This document shows positions 1 through 9,566 of a stretch of DNA of 64,000 nt, one piece after another (the first letter of the stretch is position 1; every line of letters begins with the position of its first letter). Under the pieces are notes generated by a model. That model searched no databases. It had not been told where the DNA came from and saw nothing but the letters and a program-made list of their open reading frames with translations. The position numbers and the translations under genes were made by a program. The stretch comes from an uncultured Rhodothermales bacterium (GTDB lineage Bacteria; Bacteroidota; Rhodothermia; Rhodothermales; VXPQ01), in assembly GCA_965651265.1 (NCBI GenBank), contig CBFGRV010000010.1:14923-78922 (forward strand), read 5' to 3'.

Positions 1-2219
1 ATCCTCGCCACTACGGCTCCCGAGAGCGTGAGCACACGGAGCTCCGTCGCCTCGACGAGGCCCTCGATGAATACCGACACGTCCTCGACTTCGCCTACGC
101 GCAGGGGATTCGGATAGACCTTGAGGTCCCCGGCCTCCGGCGCGGCCGCAACCGCGTCACCATCATAGCTGAGGAGGCCCTGGTCGGTCGCGATGTAGAC
201 GCGCCCCGAGATGGGGTCGATAGCCAGGGCGACAATCGCATCCGAGAAAAGTGGTGAGTTTGCGCTCGTGAAGTTCTCCGCAATCGCGTAGCCGCCCTCG
301 ACCTGCTCCACGATGGAAATTCCCTGATCCGTCGCCACCCAGAGCCGATTGGCGGGGTCGACGGCCAGGTCGTTGATCCTGATTCCGTTCAACACGAACG
401 TGCCCTGCGTGCGGTCGGCGAACTGCGGCCAGATGGGCGTGGACCGCGCGTCTTGCGCAACGATCCCATTGTTGATCACGAAGGCCAGCCCGCGCTCCGT
501 CCCAATCCACATCTGACCGTCGCGGTCCTCGACGACGGCGGTCACAGCCGTGCCGGGCAGTCCCTGGCCTCCGGCACCCTCGGTCGCAAAGTAGTTGCAG
601 AAGTCATCGGCCGTGTCGGTCGGGGTGCCATTCGTATCCAGCACAAGCAGCCCGATCACGCGGGCGAGATTTGCGCGGGCTACAACGGTGATCCACTTCT
701 GCCCGAATGAGTCGATGACGATCTCGTCGAAGGTAAGGCCCGTTTCATTGAAGTCGCTGCATCCCATCGATGTGAGCTCGGTCCAGCCCGCCCCCGGCTC
801 GTAGATGTGGAGGTTGACGCTGCCCCCGCGATTCGTGACCCATACTCGCCCATTCCGGTCGTCGGCCATCCCGCTGACGATCACAAAATCACTGGTGCCT
901 GAGGCCGGCCGCAGCGTCGAGTTTTCCTGATTCCAAAACAGAAATTCGCCGTCGGGCCTGACCTCCACCATCCCCCTACCTTCATTGCCGGCGTACGCAA
1001 CGCCGTTGTCATCTACATGGAGTCTCGGATACGAATTCGCCAGCTCAGGAAAGAAGTGGCGTGTATAGTTCGTCCACGCATCAGGCGGATGCAGCCTGTA
1101 GAATCCCGTTTCCTCTCCCTGGACGAAGACACCTGAGGCCCAGAGATTGCCGTCGCCATCGACCTGAAGGCCGGAGAAGTCGTTGTGATACGGTCCGGAT
1201 GGATAGATTTCCCGATGCACGATTTCGGCGGTAGCCGTCGATGGATCGGGTTCACGGATGGCGATGAGTCCTCCCTCGCGATCCCCAATCCAGACGAGCC
1301 CGTCTGCACCCAACGTCATGGACACTGGATCCTGGAAACCCTCGATGTCGACTCTACGCACACTGCCGTCCGATCCGATCACGATGGGGTCGAACCGATC
1401 GAGGGCAAGCAGTCGATCGCCGTCCGGGAGCAGGGCGTGCACTTCGCTCGAGGTGGCCCCGATCGTCGTATAACTGTCCGCACCGTCGCGTCTAGCGACA
1501 TCGGCGATCGTCCCCACGTAGATGCTCCCCCCGAAGTGGGCCATGGAGCGAGTCTGCGCGGAGGGCAATCCAGCCGATTCGACCGTCCATGAGGCGGGGT
1601 CTTTAAGGTTGATGGCGTCGAGCGAAGCGTACGCCACTCCTTCGTTCGTCGCTACCCAGATCTCGACCGCATCCCCGGGCACGAATGCGATATCGAACAC
1701 CTCCGTCCCGGGCGAGATGCCGCCCAGCTGGCTGTAGGTGTCGCGTACTTCGCCTTTGATCGGATCGAAGACTACGATGCCGAAGGACGTGGCCACGAAG
1801 AGCGAATCGCCGCGCGGGATGATCCGATTTACCTGCCTCGATGCGAATCGTCCGGCGCGCTCGATGTCACGGAACGACTGTACGATGCCGGTTGCCGGAT
1901 CGAGCCGGTCGATCACACCCGAGCGGTACCCGATCCAGACGACCTGCCGCACCGGATCGTAGGCGAGAGCGCGCGCCTGCACGTTGTCGAGCCCGTCACC
2001 TGCCGTGTAGGCGGAAAGCGAGCCGTCCTCGATGCCGTACCGAAAAACGCCACCCGTCGTGGATGCCCAGATTGCATCTGGAGAGGCCGCGACGTCGGTG
2101 ACCTGCCGCATGGAGGTGTAGGTGCGCCAACGGCCGTCCTGCGCGGCGCTGTCAGGCGCACCCGTGAGCAGCGCGCCCCAGAGGGCAAGAGTTACAAGCG
2201 GCGAGACCGGAAAACGCAT
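1..2219 (-). CDS. Secreted beta-propeller repeat protein (two-component-regulator-propeller-like) with a T9SS C-terminal sorting domain; the 3' end runs off the window
   Basis: Absent from the ORF track because no stop codon lies inside the window. I translated the minus strand from the ATG at 2219-2217: MRFPVSPLVTLALWGALLTGAPDSAAQDGRWRTYTSMRQV (signal peptide). Spot checks near 1560, 1080 and 540 were open in frame. W(I/V)(A/G)T..G blade-like motifs recur. The last residues in the window, DLKVYPNPLRVGEVEDVSVFIEGL, resemble a Por/T9SS C-terminal domain. Confidence 0.8.
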   Translation of the reverse strand, partial: MRFPVSPLVTLALWGALLTGAPDSAAQDGRWRTYTSMRQVTDVAASPDAIWASTTGGVFRYGIEDGSLSAYTAGDGLDNVQARALAYDPVRQVVWIGYRSGVIDRLDPATGIVQSFRDIERAGRFASRQVNRIIPRGDSLFVATSFGIVVFDPIKGEVRDTYSQLGGISPGTEVFDIAFVPGDAVEIWVATNEGVAYASLDAINLKDPASWTVESAGLPSAQTRSMAHFGGSIYVGTIADVARRDGADSYTTIGATSSEVHALLPDGDRLLALDRFDPIVIGSDGSVRRVDIEGFQDPVSMTLGADGLVWIGDREGGLIAIREPDPSTATAEIVHREIYPSGPYHNDFSGLQVDGDGNLWASGVFVQGEETGFYRLHPPDAWTNYTRHFFPELANSYPRLHVDDNGVAYAGNEGRGMVEVRPDGEFLFWNQENSTLRPASGTSDFVIVSGMADDRNGRVWVTNRGGSVNLHIYEPGAGWTELTSMGCSDFNETGLTFDEIVIDSFGQKWITVVARANLARVIGLLVLDTNGTPTDTADDFCNYFATEGAGGQGLPGTAVTAVVEDRDGQMWIGTERGLAFVINNGIVAQDARSTPIWPQFADRTQGTFVLNGIRINDLAVDPANRLWVATDQGISIVEQVEGGYAIAENFTSANSPLFSDAIVALAIDPISGRVYIATDQGLLSYDGDAVAAAPEAGDLKVYPNPLRVGEVEDVSVFIEGLVEATELRVLTLSGAVVAR

Positions 2220-2322
2220 CGAGGTCGGAGAAGGACCGGGACAGCAGAGGCAAGTAGTAGCGTTCGGTCGATAGATGCCTGCCGGAGATTTAGATTGGCC
2301 GCGTGGAGCAGGCCGCCGTGGT

Positions 2323-2787
2323 TCAGAGCTGCCGCATCAAGTTGATCATTTCGATGGCCGCTACGGCAGCGTCAGCGCCTTTGTTTCCGGATTTCGAGCC
2401 CGCGCGCTCGACGGCTTGCTCGACCGTTTCGGTCGTGATCACGCCGAAAATGACCGGTACCCCTGAATCGAGTGCCGCCTGCGCCGTACCGTTCGCGACG
2501 ATCGAGCAGACGAGATCGTAGTGCGAGGTCTCCCCGCGAATCACCGCACCCAGAGCAATCACGGCCCCGTATCGGCCCGACTGTGCCATCTTGCGAGCCA
2601 CGATCGGGATCTCAACCGAGCCCGGACACCATGCGACCGTGACGCGATCCAGGTCGGCGCCATGCCGGCGCAGCGCATCGAGCGCACCATCCAAAAGCTT
2701 TCGCGTGATGAACTCGTTGAAGCGGCTGACGACAATACCGATCTCGGCATCATCGGCGATGTGATTTCCTTCGATGATTCGGGGCAT
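2323..2787 (-). CDS. ribH: 6,7-dimethyl-8-ribityllumazine synthase
   Basis: 154 aa. Family-typical stretches: [44 protein letters not shown]. Confidence 0.95.
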   Translation of the reverse strand: MPRIIEGNHIADDAEIGIVVSRFNEFITRKLLDGALDALRRHGADLDRVTVAWCPGSVEIPIVARKMAQSGRYGAVIALGAVIRGETSHYDLVCSIVANGTAQAALDSGVPVIFGVITTETVEQAVERAGSKSGNKGADAAVAAIEMINLMRQL

Positions 2788-2790
2788 ACC

Positions 2791-3615
2791 TCAGGCGGCG
2801 GCACGGCGCATCAGCTCGACGCGCCGATATGGAATGCTGTAACGTACGAAGTTATGGTCTTCCTCGGAGCGGAGTCCATGATAATCGGAGCCGCCCGTTT
2901 CGAGCAACCCGTATCGATGAGCCAGATCTTCGTAGCGCCGGGTCAGGGCGGAACTATGGGATGGATGGATGGTCTCGATGCCGTCGAGCCCGGCCCGGAT
3001 GAGCTGCTGGATGACCTCGCCCTCCACGCGCGTCCCCGGATGCGCGAGGACGGCGAGCCCACCGGCGGCATGAATCAGGGCGATCCCCTGCAAAGCCGGA
3101 AACAGCGGCTTGGCAACGAAAGCCGGGCCCTCGTCACATAGGTATCGCGCAAATGCATCCTCGTAGGAGGCCACGAGCCTCCGTTTCACGAGCGCCTTCG
3201 CCACGTGTGGCCTACCAACAACGCCGTCGCGCGCGAAGGCGAGCACGTCCTCCATCGCGAGCGGAATTCCGAGCCCATTCAGTGCCTCCACGATGGCGCG
3301 ACCTCGCCGCATCCTGACATCGCGGAACCGATCCAGATGCGCCTTCAGGCCCTGGTTTGCGGCATCGAAGCCATATCCAAGAAGATGGATCTCCTGCCCC
3401 CCGGCCGTTACACTCAGCTCCACCCCCGACACGACCTCGATGCCGAGCTCCGACCCTGCGGCCATGGCTTCCGGCAACCCGTCGATCGAATCGTGATCGG
3501 TCACCGCGAGCGCACTGATCCCGGCAGCGTGGGCCCGCGCCACCAGCTCGGCGGGCGTCAGCAAGCCATCCGAATAGCGGGTGTGCGTATGTAAATCGGC
3601 TCGGCGCGTGTCCAT
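2791..3615 (-). CDS. PHP-domain phosphoesterase (TrpH/YciV-like)
   Basis: N-terminal ADLHTHTRYSDG metal-binding motif, AVTDHDS, C-terminal GGSDYHG. Its stop lies 3 nt upstream of the ribH start. Confidence 0.85.
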   Translation of the reverse strand: MDTRRADLHTHTRYSDGLLTPAELVARAHAAGISALAVTDHDSIDGLPEAMAAGSELGIEVVSGVELSVTAGGQEIHLLGYGFDAANQGLKAHLDRFRDVRMRRGRAIVEALNGLGIPLAMEDVLAFARDGVVGRPHVAKALVKRRLVASYEDAFARYLCDEGPAFVAKPLFPALQGIALIHAAGGLAVLAHPGTRVEGEVIQQLIRAGLDGIETIHPSHSSALTRRYEDLAHRYGLLETGGSDYHGLRSEEDHNFVRYSIPYRRVELMRRAAA

Positions 3616-3695
3616 ATATTTCGACTGGGCGCGTACTCAGGGGGTGACGCGCATTCGAAAGCAGTTGTCAACCCGGCAGGCACGGTATTGTTTTG

Positions 3696-4205
3696 ATGGA
3701 ACGGATGTGGAGTCCCTGGCGATCCAGGCACCTCGCCGGCATACTGGAAGGCGGGTTCGGCCCTCAGGATCGCGAGCGGCTTTTCGAGCGCATCGGCCGC
3801 GAAGACCGCGACGAGGAGAATCTCGTCGTCTGGCGAGGTGAGCTCGTTTACGTGGTGATGAATCTGTTTCCATACAATAACGGACATCTGCTCATCGTGC
3901 CTTATCGTAAGGTGGCGGACTATGAGGACCTGACCGATGAGGAGCAAACGGCAATCGCACAGACCATCGCCCGCTGTATCGGCTGGCTTCGTTCGGCCCT
4001 TCGTCCGGAAGGTTTCAATGTCGGGATGAACCTGGGCGCCGCCGCCGGCGCGGGCGTGCCGGAGCATCTGCACGTCCATGTAGTGCCGCGGTGGAGTGGT
4101 GATACCAACTTCATGCCGACAACGGCCGACCTCAAGGTCATACCCGAAGCCATGGAAGATACCTACCGGAAGCTTCGCCGGGCCGCGACGGCGGACTCCC
4201 CCTGA
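3696..4205 (+). CDS. HIT-family nucleotide hydrolase/transferase
   Basis: Histidine triad HLHVHVVPRW and an MERMWSPWR N-terminus. The track ORF begins at a TTG one codon earlier (3693); I prefer the ATG at 3696. Confidence 0.85.
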   Translation: MERMWSPWRSRHLAGILEGGFGPQDRERLFERIGREDRDEENLVVWRGELVYVVMNLFPYNNGHLLIVPYRKVADYEDLTDEEQTAIAQTIARCIGWLRSALRPEGFNVGMNLGAAAGAGVPEHLHVHVVPRWSGDTNFMPTTADLKVIPEAMEDTYRKLRRAATADSP

Positions 4206-4299
4206 AGCCGGCCGGGCGCCCATCACCCTACAAAGGTGAACCTTGCTCGCCGGCCGTGCGTACCGCCACGCAATCACATCCCCAACTCACCCCTCACCT

Positions 4300-5436
4300 A
4301 TGTCCCACCGGATCGAAAGCGCCGGAGGCCGCTCGCCGCAGAGGATGGACCCTGCCAGCGCGCGCACGTCGTTTCTGACGCCGCGAAAGATCCTCTGGCC
4401 CATCCTGCTGAGCCTGGTCGTGCTCGTCGGCATCGGCGTTGCCACGTTCGAGCCCGATGAGTTCGTGCAGGTAGTCGATCGGATCAATGTGTGGATGCTC
4501 GGTGCCGCCCTGGCGATGGTCTTCTTCCGGGTCTATTTCGGTGGACTGCGCCTCAACTACATCTCGCGAGGACGACTCGGGTACGCTACAGGCATGCGCG
4601 GGCAGCTGGCGTGGGACTTCTTTTCGAATGTGACACCGTCAGCGATAGGAGGCGCGCCGTTCGCTGCCGTATACCTCGCACGAGAAAAGCACATCGGCGT
4701 GGGTGAGACGACGGCCTTCATGCTGTTCTCGATGCTGCTGGATCAACTCTGGTTCGCACTGACCATCCCCATCGTGATCATCGGATCGATGTACCTCGAG
4801 GTGATCCCCGCCGCCGTCGGGCACGTCGGCCTGGCCGGTTTCATGCTTTACTTTTTTGCGATGTTGGCCTGGGTCGTGCTCTTCGGGTACGCCACGATGT
4901 TTCGCCCCGACATCCTGCAGCGACTCGCCTCGCGCCTATTCCGTCTGCGCTGGCTCCGGCGTTTCCATGATCGCGTCGAACACTCCATGCGTCAGCTTCG
5001 GCGCCGCGCCAAGATCCTCCGCTCACAACCGCCCATCTTCTATGTCAAGGGTATTCTGCTGACGATCGGCACCTGGGCCAGTCGATACCTCCTGCTGCTG
5101 TTCGTCGTCTGGGCCTTCTACGAGGATTTCGACAAGGCACTCCTCCTCCTTCGCACGGCGGCCATGACGCTCGGCTCGCTCATCATGCCGACGCCGGGAG
5201 GTGCCGGAGGCATCGAGGCGCTTTATGCTCTCTTCATCGGTACGCTGATCCCGGCTGCGACGGTCGCGCCCACACTGCTCGCCTGGCGATTTCTCGCCTA
5301 CTACCTCTTCGTCGGGCTCGGCATCTTTCTGACTACCCATCACGTTCAGCAGTCGATCTCGAGATCCAACGAGATTCATGAAGAGCCCGCTGAAGAGGAG
5401 CCCCTCCTTGCCGAGCTCAACGAAGAAGTAGGATGA
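4300..5436 (+). CDS. Polytopic membrane protein, flippase-like / lysylphosphatidylglycerol-synthase TM-region (UPF0104) family
   Basis: Multiple hydrophobic helices and a GGAGG(I/V)E motif (PTPGGAGGIEALY) typical of this family. The start is ambiguous (4243 alternative start, ATG 4300, ATG 4345). Its stop overlaps the next gene's start as ATGA at 5433-5436. Confidence 0.6.
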   Translation: MSHRIESAGGRSPQRMDPASARTSFLTPRKILWPILLSLVVLVGIGVATFEPDEFVQVVDRINVWMLGAALAMVFFRVYFGGLRLNYISRGRLGYATGMRGQLAWDFFSNVTPSAIGGAPFAAVYLAREKHIGVGETTAFMLFSMLLDQLWFALTIPIVIIGSMYLEVIPAAVGHVGLAGFMLYFFAMLAWVVLFGYATMFRPDILQRLASRLFRLRWLRRFHDRVEHSMRQLRRRAKILRSQPPIFYVKGILLTIGTWASRYLLLLFVVWAFYEDFDKALLLLRTAAMTLGSLIMPTPGGAGGIEALYALFIGTLIPAATVAPTLLAWRFLAYYLFVGLGIFLTTHHVQQSISRSNEIHEEPAEEEPLLAELNEEVG

Positions 5437-6482
5437 AAATGCGAGCCGACGAAACGCTGGATGAGCGCCTCCAGCAAATCGACACCTTTGACTTCCGGAG
5501 CATCCACCCGAACGTGCGCTTCGGTACGGCGAGCGACCGCTACGCCGGCTGGATTGGCCAGATCTACCCGGAGGAGTACGCCACGCGCGTCAGTTCGCGC
5601 AAACGCCGGCTTGGCGGCCAGGTCTATGAGGAGCGAACTGTGCCTGTCGAGTCCGTGCGCGAGTACTTCCAATGCTTCGGCGCGCTGGAGATCGACTTCA
5701 CTTACTACCGCCCTCTACGCGATGAAGCCGGTGAGCCGACCAGTAATTACTGGCTGCTGCAGAACTATGCGGAGCACGCGCCAGACGATGCCGTCTTCTT
5801 TCTGAAGGTCCCGAAGACGTACTTCTCGCGGCGGCTTCGACAGGGTAAGGGCAAGGACGTCACCTACCTCGAAAATCCGGAGTTTCTAAACGCGGACCGA
5901 TATATCCGCGAGTTCCACGAGCCCGCCGTGGAGATTCTTGGAGAGCGTCTGGACGGTATGCTCTTCGAGCAAGAGTACCAGCGCAAGGCGGACAGCCCCT
6001 CGCCGGAAGAGAACGTGGCCGAGCTGGATGGCTTCTTCGCTCAGATTCCGGCCGGCGTTCAGCCGCACATCGAGCTCCGCTCCGAGCATCTGCTCGCGCC
6101 GCCTTACTTCAACTGGCTGGAGGATCGCGGACTCGGATTCATTTTTAGCCACTGGACGTGGCTTCCGCCCATTCGCAAGCAATGGAGGATGGCGGGTGAG
6201 CGCTTTACTGCGGCGGACGGAAACGTCGTCGCGCGCCTTCTCACCCCGCTGGACGTGCGCTACGAGGATGCCTACGCTATGGCTCATCCGTTCGACAAAG
6301 AGGTGGAAGCGATCAGTCGCACGCGCCAGGCGCACTATATGATCATGGACGTCACGGCCCTCGTATATCAGGCTGAGAAAAAGGGGGCGCTCCTCAACGT
6401 GATCGTCAACAACCGAGCCTGGGGAAACGCGCCCGTGCTTGCACAGGAGATTGCGCGCCGAATCCTCGAATACGAACGTTGA
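5433..6482 (+). CDS. DUF72-family protein
   Basis: 349 aa. DUF72-like pattern (GTASDRYAGW, FGALEIDFTYY, FSHWTWLPP). Translationally coupled to the upstream membrane protein. Confidence 0.7.
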   Translation: MKMRADETLDERLQQIDTFDFRSIHPNVRFGTASDRYAGWIGQIYPEEYATRVSSRKRRLGGQVYEERTVPVESVREYFQCFGALEIDFTYYRPLRDEAGEPTSNYWLLQNYAEHAPDDAVFFLKVPKTYFSRRLRQGKGKDVTYLENPEFLNADRYIREFHEPAVEILGERLDGMLFEQEYQRKADSPSPEENVAELDGFFAQIPAGVQPHIELRSEHLLAPPYFNWLEDRGLGFIFSHWTWLPPIRKQWRMAGERFTAADGNVVARLLTPLDVRYEDAYAMAHPFDKEVEAISRTRQAHYMIMDVTALVYQAEKKGALLNVIVNNRAWGNAPVLAQEIARRILEYER

Positions 6483-6488
6483 GGCCGT

Positions 6489-6830
6489 CTACGCGCGGCC
6501 GAAGTCATCATCCAGCCGCTCGATGTCATCCTCGAGACAGATGCCGAGCTGTGTCTCGATGAGCACCAGGTAGTCGTCCGTATCGTTTTCGAGACGATGC
6601 ACATCACCCAGCCCGATGTGCAAGACATCCCCCTTCCTGATGCGGGAGACGTTCTCATTAAGTGTAAACAGCCCTTCGCCCTGCACGATTACCCAGTGCT
6701 CCTCGCGATGGGCGTGCTTTTGGAGGGAGAGGCGTTTGCCGGGATGAACGATGATCCTCTTGACACGGTAGCCCGGCTCGTTCAGGTATTCCTCCCAGCG
6801 ACCCCAGGGGCGGTTGTCGGAATCGAGCAT
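6489..6830 (-). CDS. Cupin-domain protein (mannose-6-phosphate isomerase type II C-terminal cupin-like)
   Basis: RPWGRWE, G.RLSLQKHAHREEHW.IV.G and HRLEN motifs. Confidence 0.8.
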   Translation of the reverse strand: MLDSDNRPWGRWEEYLNEPGYRVKRIIVHPGKRLSLQKHAHREEHWVIVQGEGLFTLNENVSRIRKGDVLHIGLGDVHRLENDTDDYLVLIETQLGICLEDDIERLDDDFGRA

Positions 6831-6865
6831 TGGTAAACCGATTACTGGTTGCTGGTTGCTGGTTC

Positions 6866-8923
6866 CTATCCTCTCTCGACCGCCTCCACTTTTCCGGGTT
6901 CAATTCGCTTTCCGAAGACCTGCAGGGAGACGTACAGTGCAGCCGCACCGATCAACATCGAAAGCCACCACGGAAAACCGAAGCCGGTTGGGATGGTGCC
7001 GATCAAGACTGCGACCGCGCCGACGAGCACCGCATACGGCAGCTGAGTGGTGACGTGATCGACGTGGTCGCATCCAGATGCCATCGAGGACAGGATCGTG
7101 GTATCGGAGATCGGCGAACAGTGATCACCCCACACGGCCCCGGCGAGTACGCAAGCGACCGAAGAATAGATGATGTGATAGTTCTCAGGCGTGGCCATCC
7201 CATTGAGCTCCAGAACGGCCCATGAAAGGGGTATGACGAGGGGCATGAGGATGCCCATGGTGCCCCAGCTCGTCCCTGTTGAGAAAGCCGTCGCCGCTGC
7301 GATCACGAAAACGATGGCCGGGATCAGTCCCGGCGGTAGAGCGTCGCCGAGCACGGAGACGAGGTAGTCCGCCGTATGCAAGACGTCGGTCACCGCCGAC
7401 AAACCCCACGCAAGCGTGAGAATGATCATTGCGTACAGCATCGACCTCACGCCGGTATACCAGGCATTGATCGTATCGTTGACCGAGAGCAACCGCTGTG
7501 CGGCTGTCAGGATCACCGCCGCGGAGACACCCAACAGCGATCCCCACATCAGCGCCTTGTAGGAATCCGCGCTCCCGATGATATCCCGGATTGAATCTCC
7601 CTCGCCGGATGCGTAAAGGCCGACGAGCACGGACACGACGAGCGTGACAACGGGAAAGATGGCATTGACTGCCCGATGCGGGATGCCGGCCTTCGCGCCC
7701 AGCTCCTTCTCCGACGCGGCAGCTTCATCCACCTGCGCGCGTGGTGAGAGGACGTCTCCCGTCAGTCGGGCACGGCGTTCCGCCCGCAGCATGGGCCCGA
7801 ACTCCTTCGGCGTGACAGAGATGGCGAACACGAAGAAGATCGTGAGCACCGGATAGAAGCTGTATGGGATAGAGTTCAGGAAGATGGCGTAGGCGGATTC
7901 ATCGTATCCGGGTATGGCGGCCACGGAGGTACCGATGATTCCGACCTCGTAACCGATCCACGTCGAAACCAGCGCCAGGCACGCGACCGGCGCGGCCGTC
8001 GAGTCGACCAGGTAGGCCAGCTTTTCGCGAGAGATGCGAAGCTTGTCGGTGACCGCTCGCATGGTGTTGCCGACGACCAACGTGTTCGCGTAGTCGTCGA
8101 AGAAGATGGCAATGCCGAGGATGGCGGTGGCCAACTGGCCGTCCCGCGCCGTCTTCGTCCACTTGACCACGTGCCCGACAACCCCCTGCATTCCGCCATT
8201 GCGAGTGATGATGCCTACCATTCCGCCGATCATTAATGAAAATAGAATGATCGAGGCGTGATCGGCGTCGGCCAGGGCCGCGAGCACATAGATCTGAAAC
8301 GAGTCCAGAAACCCTTTGCCGAAGGCGGACAGATCCATTCCGAGCGCGGCGAAGGCGCCCATCCAGATCCCAAAGAACAGGGCAGGGATGACCTGCTTGA
8401 AGATCAATGCGATGGCGATGGCCAGAAGAGGAGGGAGAATGGAGATCCAACCCGGAATCACCACGATCTCATCCGTGGCGACGACTTGTGAGCCGCGTAG
8501 CACTTCCACCCGCGTTTTCCCGAAAGCCGTGAGCGGCACACCTTCGGCGACGAGGCCGTCTGCCGTGGCCCGCAGCGGGAAGGTGCCGTCCTCCATCCGG
8601 AGGGCATATGATGCCGTCGTATCGGCCGGTCCAGACGGCCATCCAAACAGCATCGTGGCCTGCCGGCTCTGCAGAAGTACGGACGGATATTCGAGCTCGA
8701 TCTGCTCGTAGGTCTCCTCGGACGCGCCGGCCCGATCCGCATCCTCTCCCCGTGCATCGAGCTGCCCGGCTGTCACCGACGCGGAATCGCCGGCTGGAGC
8801 GACTTCGGTGTCCGGGACGACCTGGCCGTATGCCGAGCCTGCGTCGGCAACGACCGCGAACATACTGGAAGAAGCCAGAAGCGCGCAGAGGACGAACTTC
8901 CGAACAGACATCCGGAACCTCAT
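6866..8923 (-). CDS. Na+/H+ antiporter NhaC-family transporter with a ~200-aa N-terminal extracytoplasmic extension
   Basis: The C-terminal ~480 aa are polytopic with NhaC-like segments (FFDDYANTLVVGNTMR, STAAPVA). The track ORF (to 9079) overlaps upp. I chose the ATG at 8923-8921, which shares one base with the upp TGA stop (TGATG). An ATG at 8911 is an alternative. The sequence MSVRKFVLCALLASSSMFAVVADA looks like a signal peptide. Confidence 0.8.
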   Translation of the reverse strand: MRFRMSVRKFVLCALLASSSMFAVVADAGSAYGQVVPDTEVAPAGDSASVTAGQLDARGEDADRAGASEETYEQIELEYPSVLLQSRQATMLFGWPSGPADTTASYALRMEDGTFPLRATADGLVAEGVPLTAFGKTRVEVLRGSQVVATDEIVVIPGWISILPPLLAIAIALIFKQVIPALFFGIWMGAFAALGMDLSAFGKGFLDSFQIYVLAALADADHASIILFSLMIGGMVGIITRNGGMQGVVGHVVKWTKTARDGQLATAILGIAIFFDDYANTLVVGNTMRAVTDKLRISREKLAYLVDSTAAPVACLALVSTWIGYEVGIIGTSVAAIPGYDESAYAIFLNSIPYSFYPVLTIFFVFAISVTPKEFGPMLRAERRARLTGDVLSPRAQVDEAAASEKELGAKAGIPHRAVNAIFPVVTLVVSVLVGLYASGEGDSIRDIIGSADSYKALMWGSLLGVSAAVILTAAQRLLSVNDTINAWYTGVRSMLYAMIILTLAWGLSAVTDVLHTADYLVSVLGDALPPGLIPAIVFVIAAATAFSTGTSWGTMGILMPLVIPLSWAVLELNGMATPENYHIIYSSVACVLAGAVWGDHCSPISDTTILSSMASGCDHVDHVTTQLPYAVLVGAVAVLIGTIPTGFGFPWWLSMLIGAAALYVSLQVFGKRIEPGKVEAVERG

Positions 8924-9549
8924 CAAGTCGTCCCGAAGATGCGGTCGCCGGCATCGCCGAGCCCGGGGCGGATGAAGGCGTTCTCGTCGAGCTCGCGATC
9001 CAGTGCGGCCGTCAGCACGGGTACATCCGGATGCGCCTCGTACATCGCGCGCACGCCTTCCGGGGCGGCCACCAGACACACGAATTTGAAGCGATGTGCT
9101 CCGGCTGCCTTCAGCTGCGTGATGGCATGCACGGCGCTCCCGCCGGTGGCGAGCATCGGATCGACGACAAAGACCAGCGCAGGCCCGATGTCATCCGGCA
9201 CGTTGCTGTAGTAGCCGATGGGCAGGTGCGTCTCCTCATCGCGCTTCATGCCGAGGTGGCCCACTCGCGCCTCCGGCACATAACGGATGAATCCATTGAC
9301 CATCCCCAGCCCCGCGCGAAGAATAGGGACGACGAACACCTCCTCGTCGAGCTCAACGCCCTCGGCGCTTTCCAGTGGCGTGTCGATGGTAACCGTTCGC
9401 ACGCGTAGATCGCGCATGGCCTCGTACGCCAGAATCGACGCCGCATTCGCAATTCGCTCCCGGAAGACGCCGTGAGGCGTCCGCCGATCTCGCAGAATCG
9501 TGAGATCTCGACGCAGCAGCGGGTGATCGGCGATGGTGAGGTTCTGCAT
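8923..9549 (-). CDS. upp: Uracil phosphoribosyltransferase
   Basis: HPLLRRDLTILRD, VPILRAGLGM, DPMLATGGS and GLGDAGDRIFGT motifs. Starting at the ATG at 9549 gives 208 aa, the canonical Upp length. The track's GTG at 9570 is probably an over-extension. Confidence 0.93.
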   Translation of the reverse strand: MQNLTIADHPLLRRDLTILRDRRTPHGVFRERIANAASILAYEAMRDLRVRTVTIDTPLESAEGVELDEEVFVVPILRAGLGMVNGFIRYVPEARVGHLGMKRDEETHLPIGYYSNVPDDIGPALVFVVDPMLATGGSAVHAITQLKAAGAHRFKFVCLVAAPEGVRAMYEAHPDVPVLTAALDRELDENAFIRPGLGDAGDRIFGTT

Positions 9550-9566
9550 CACTCCGAATCCGATCT

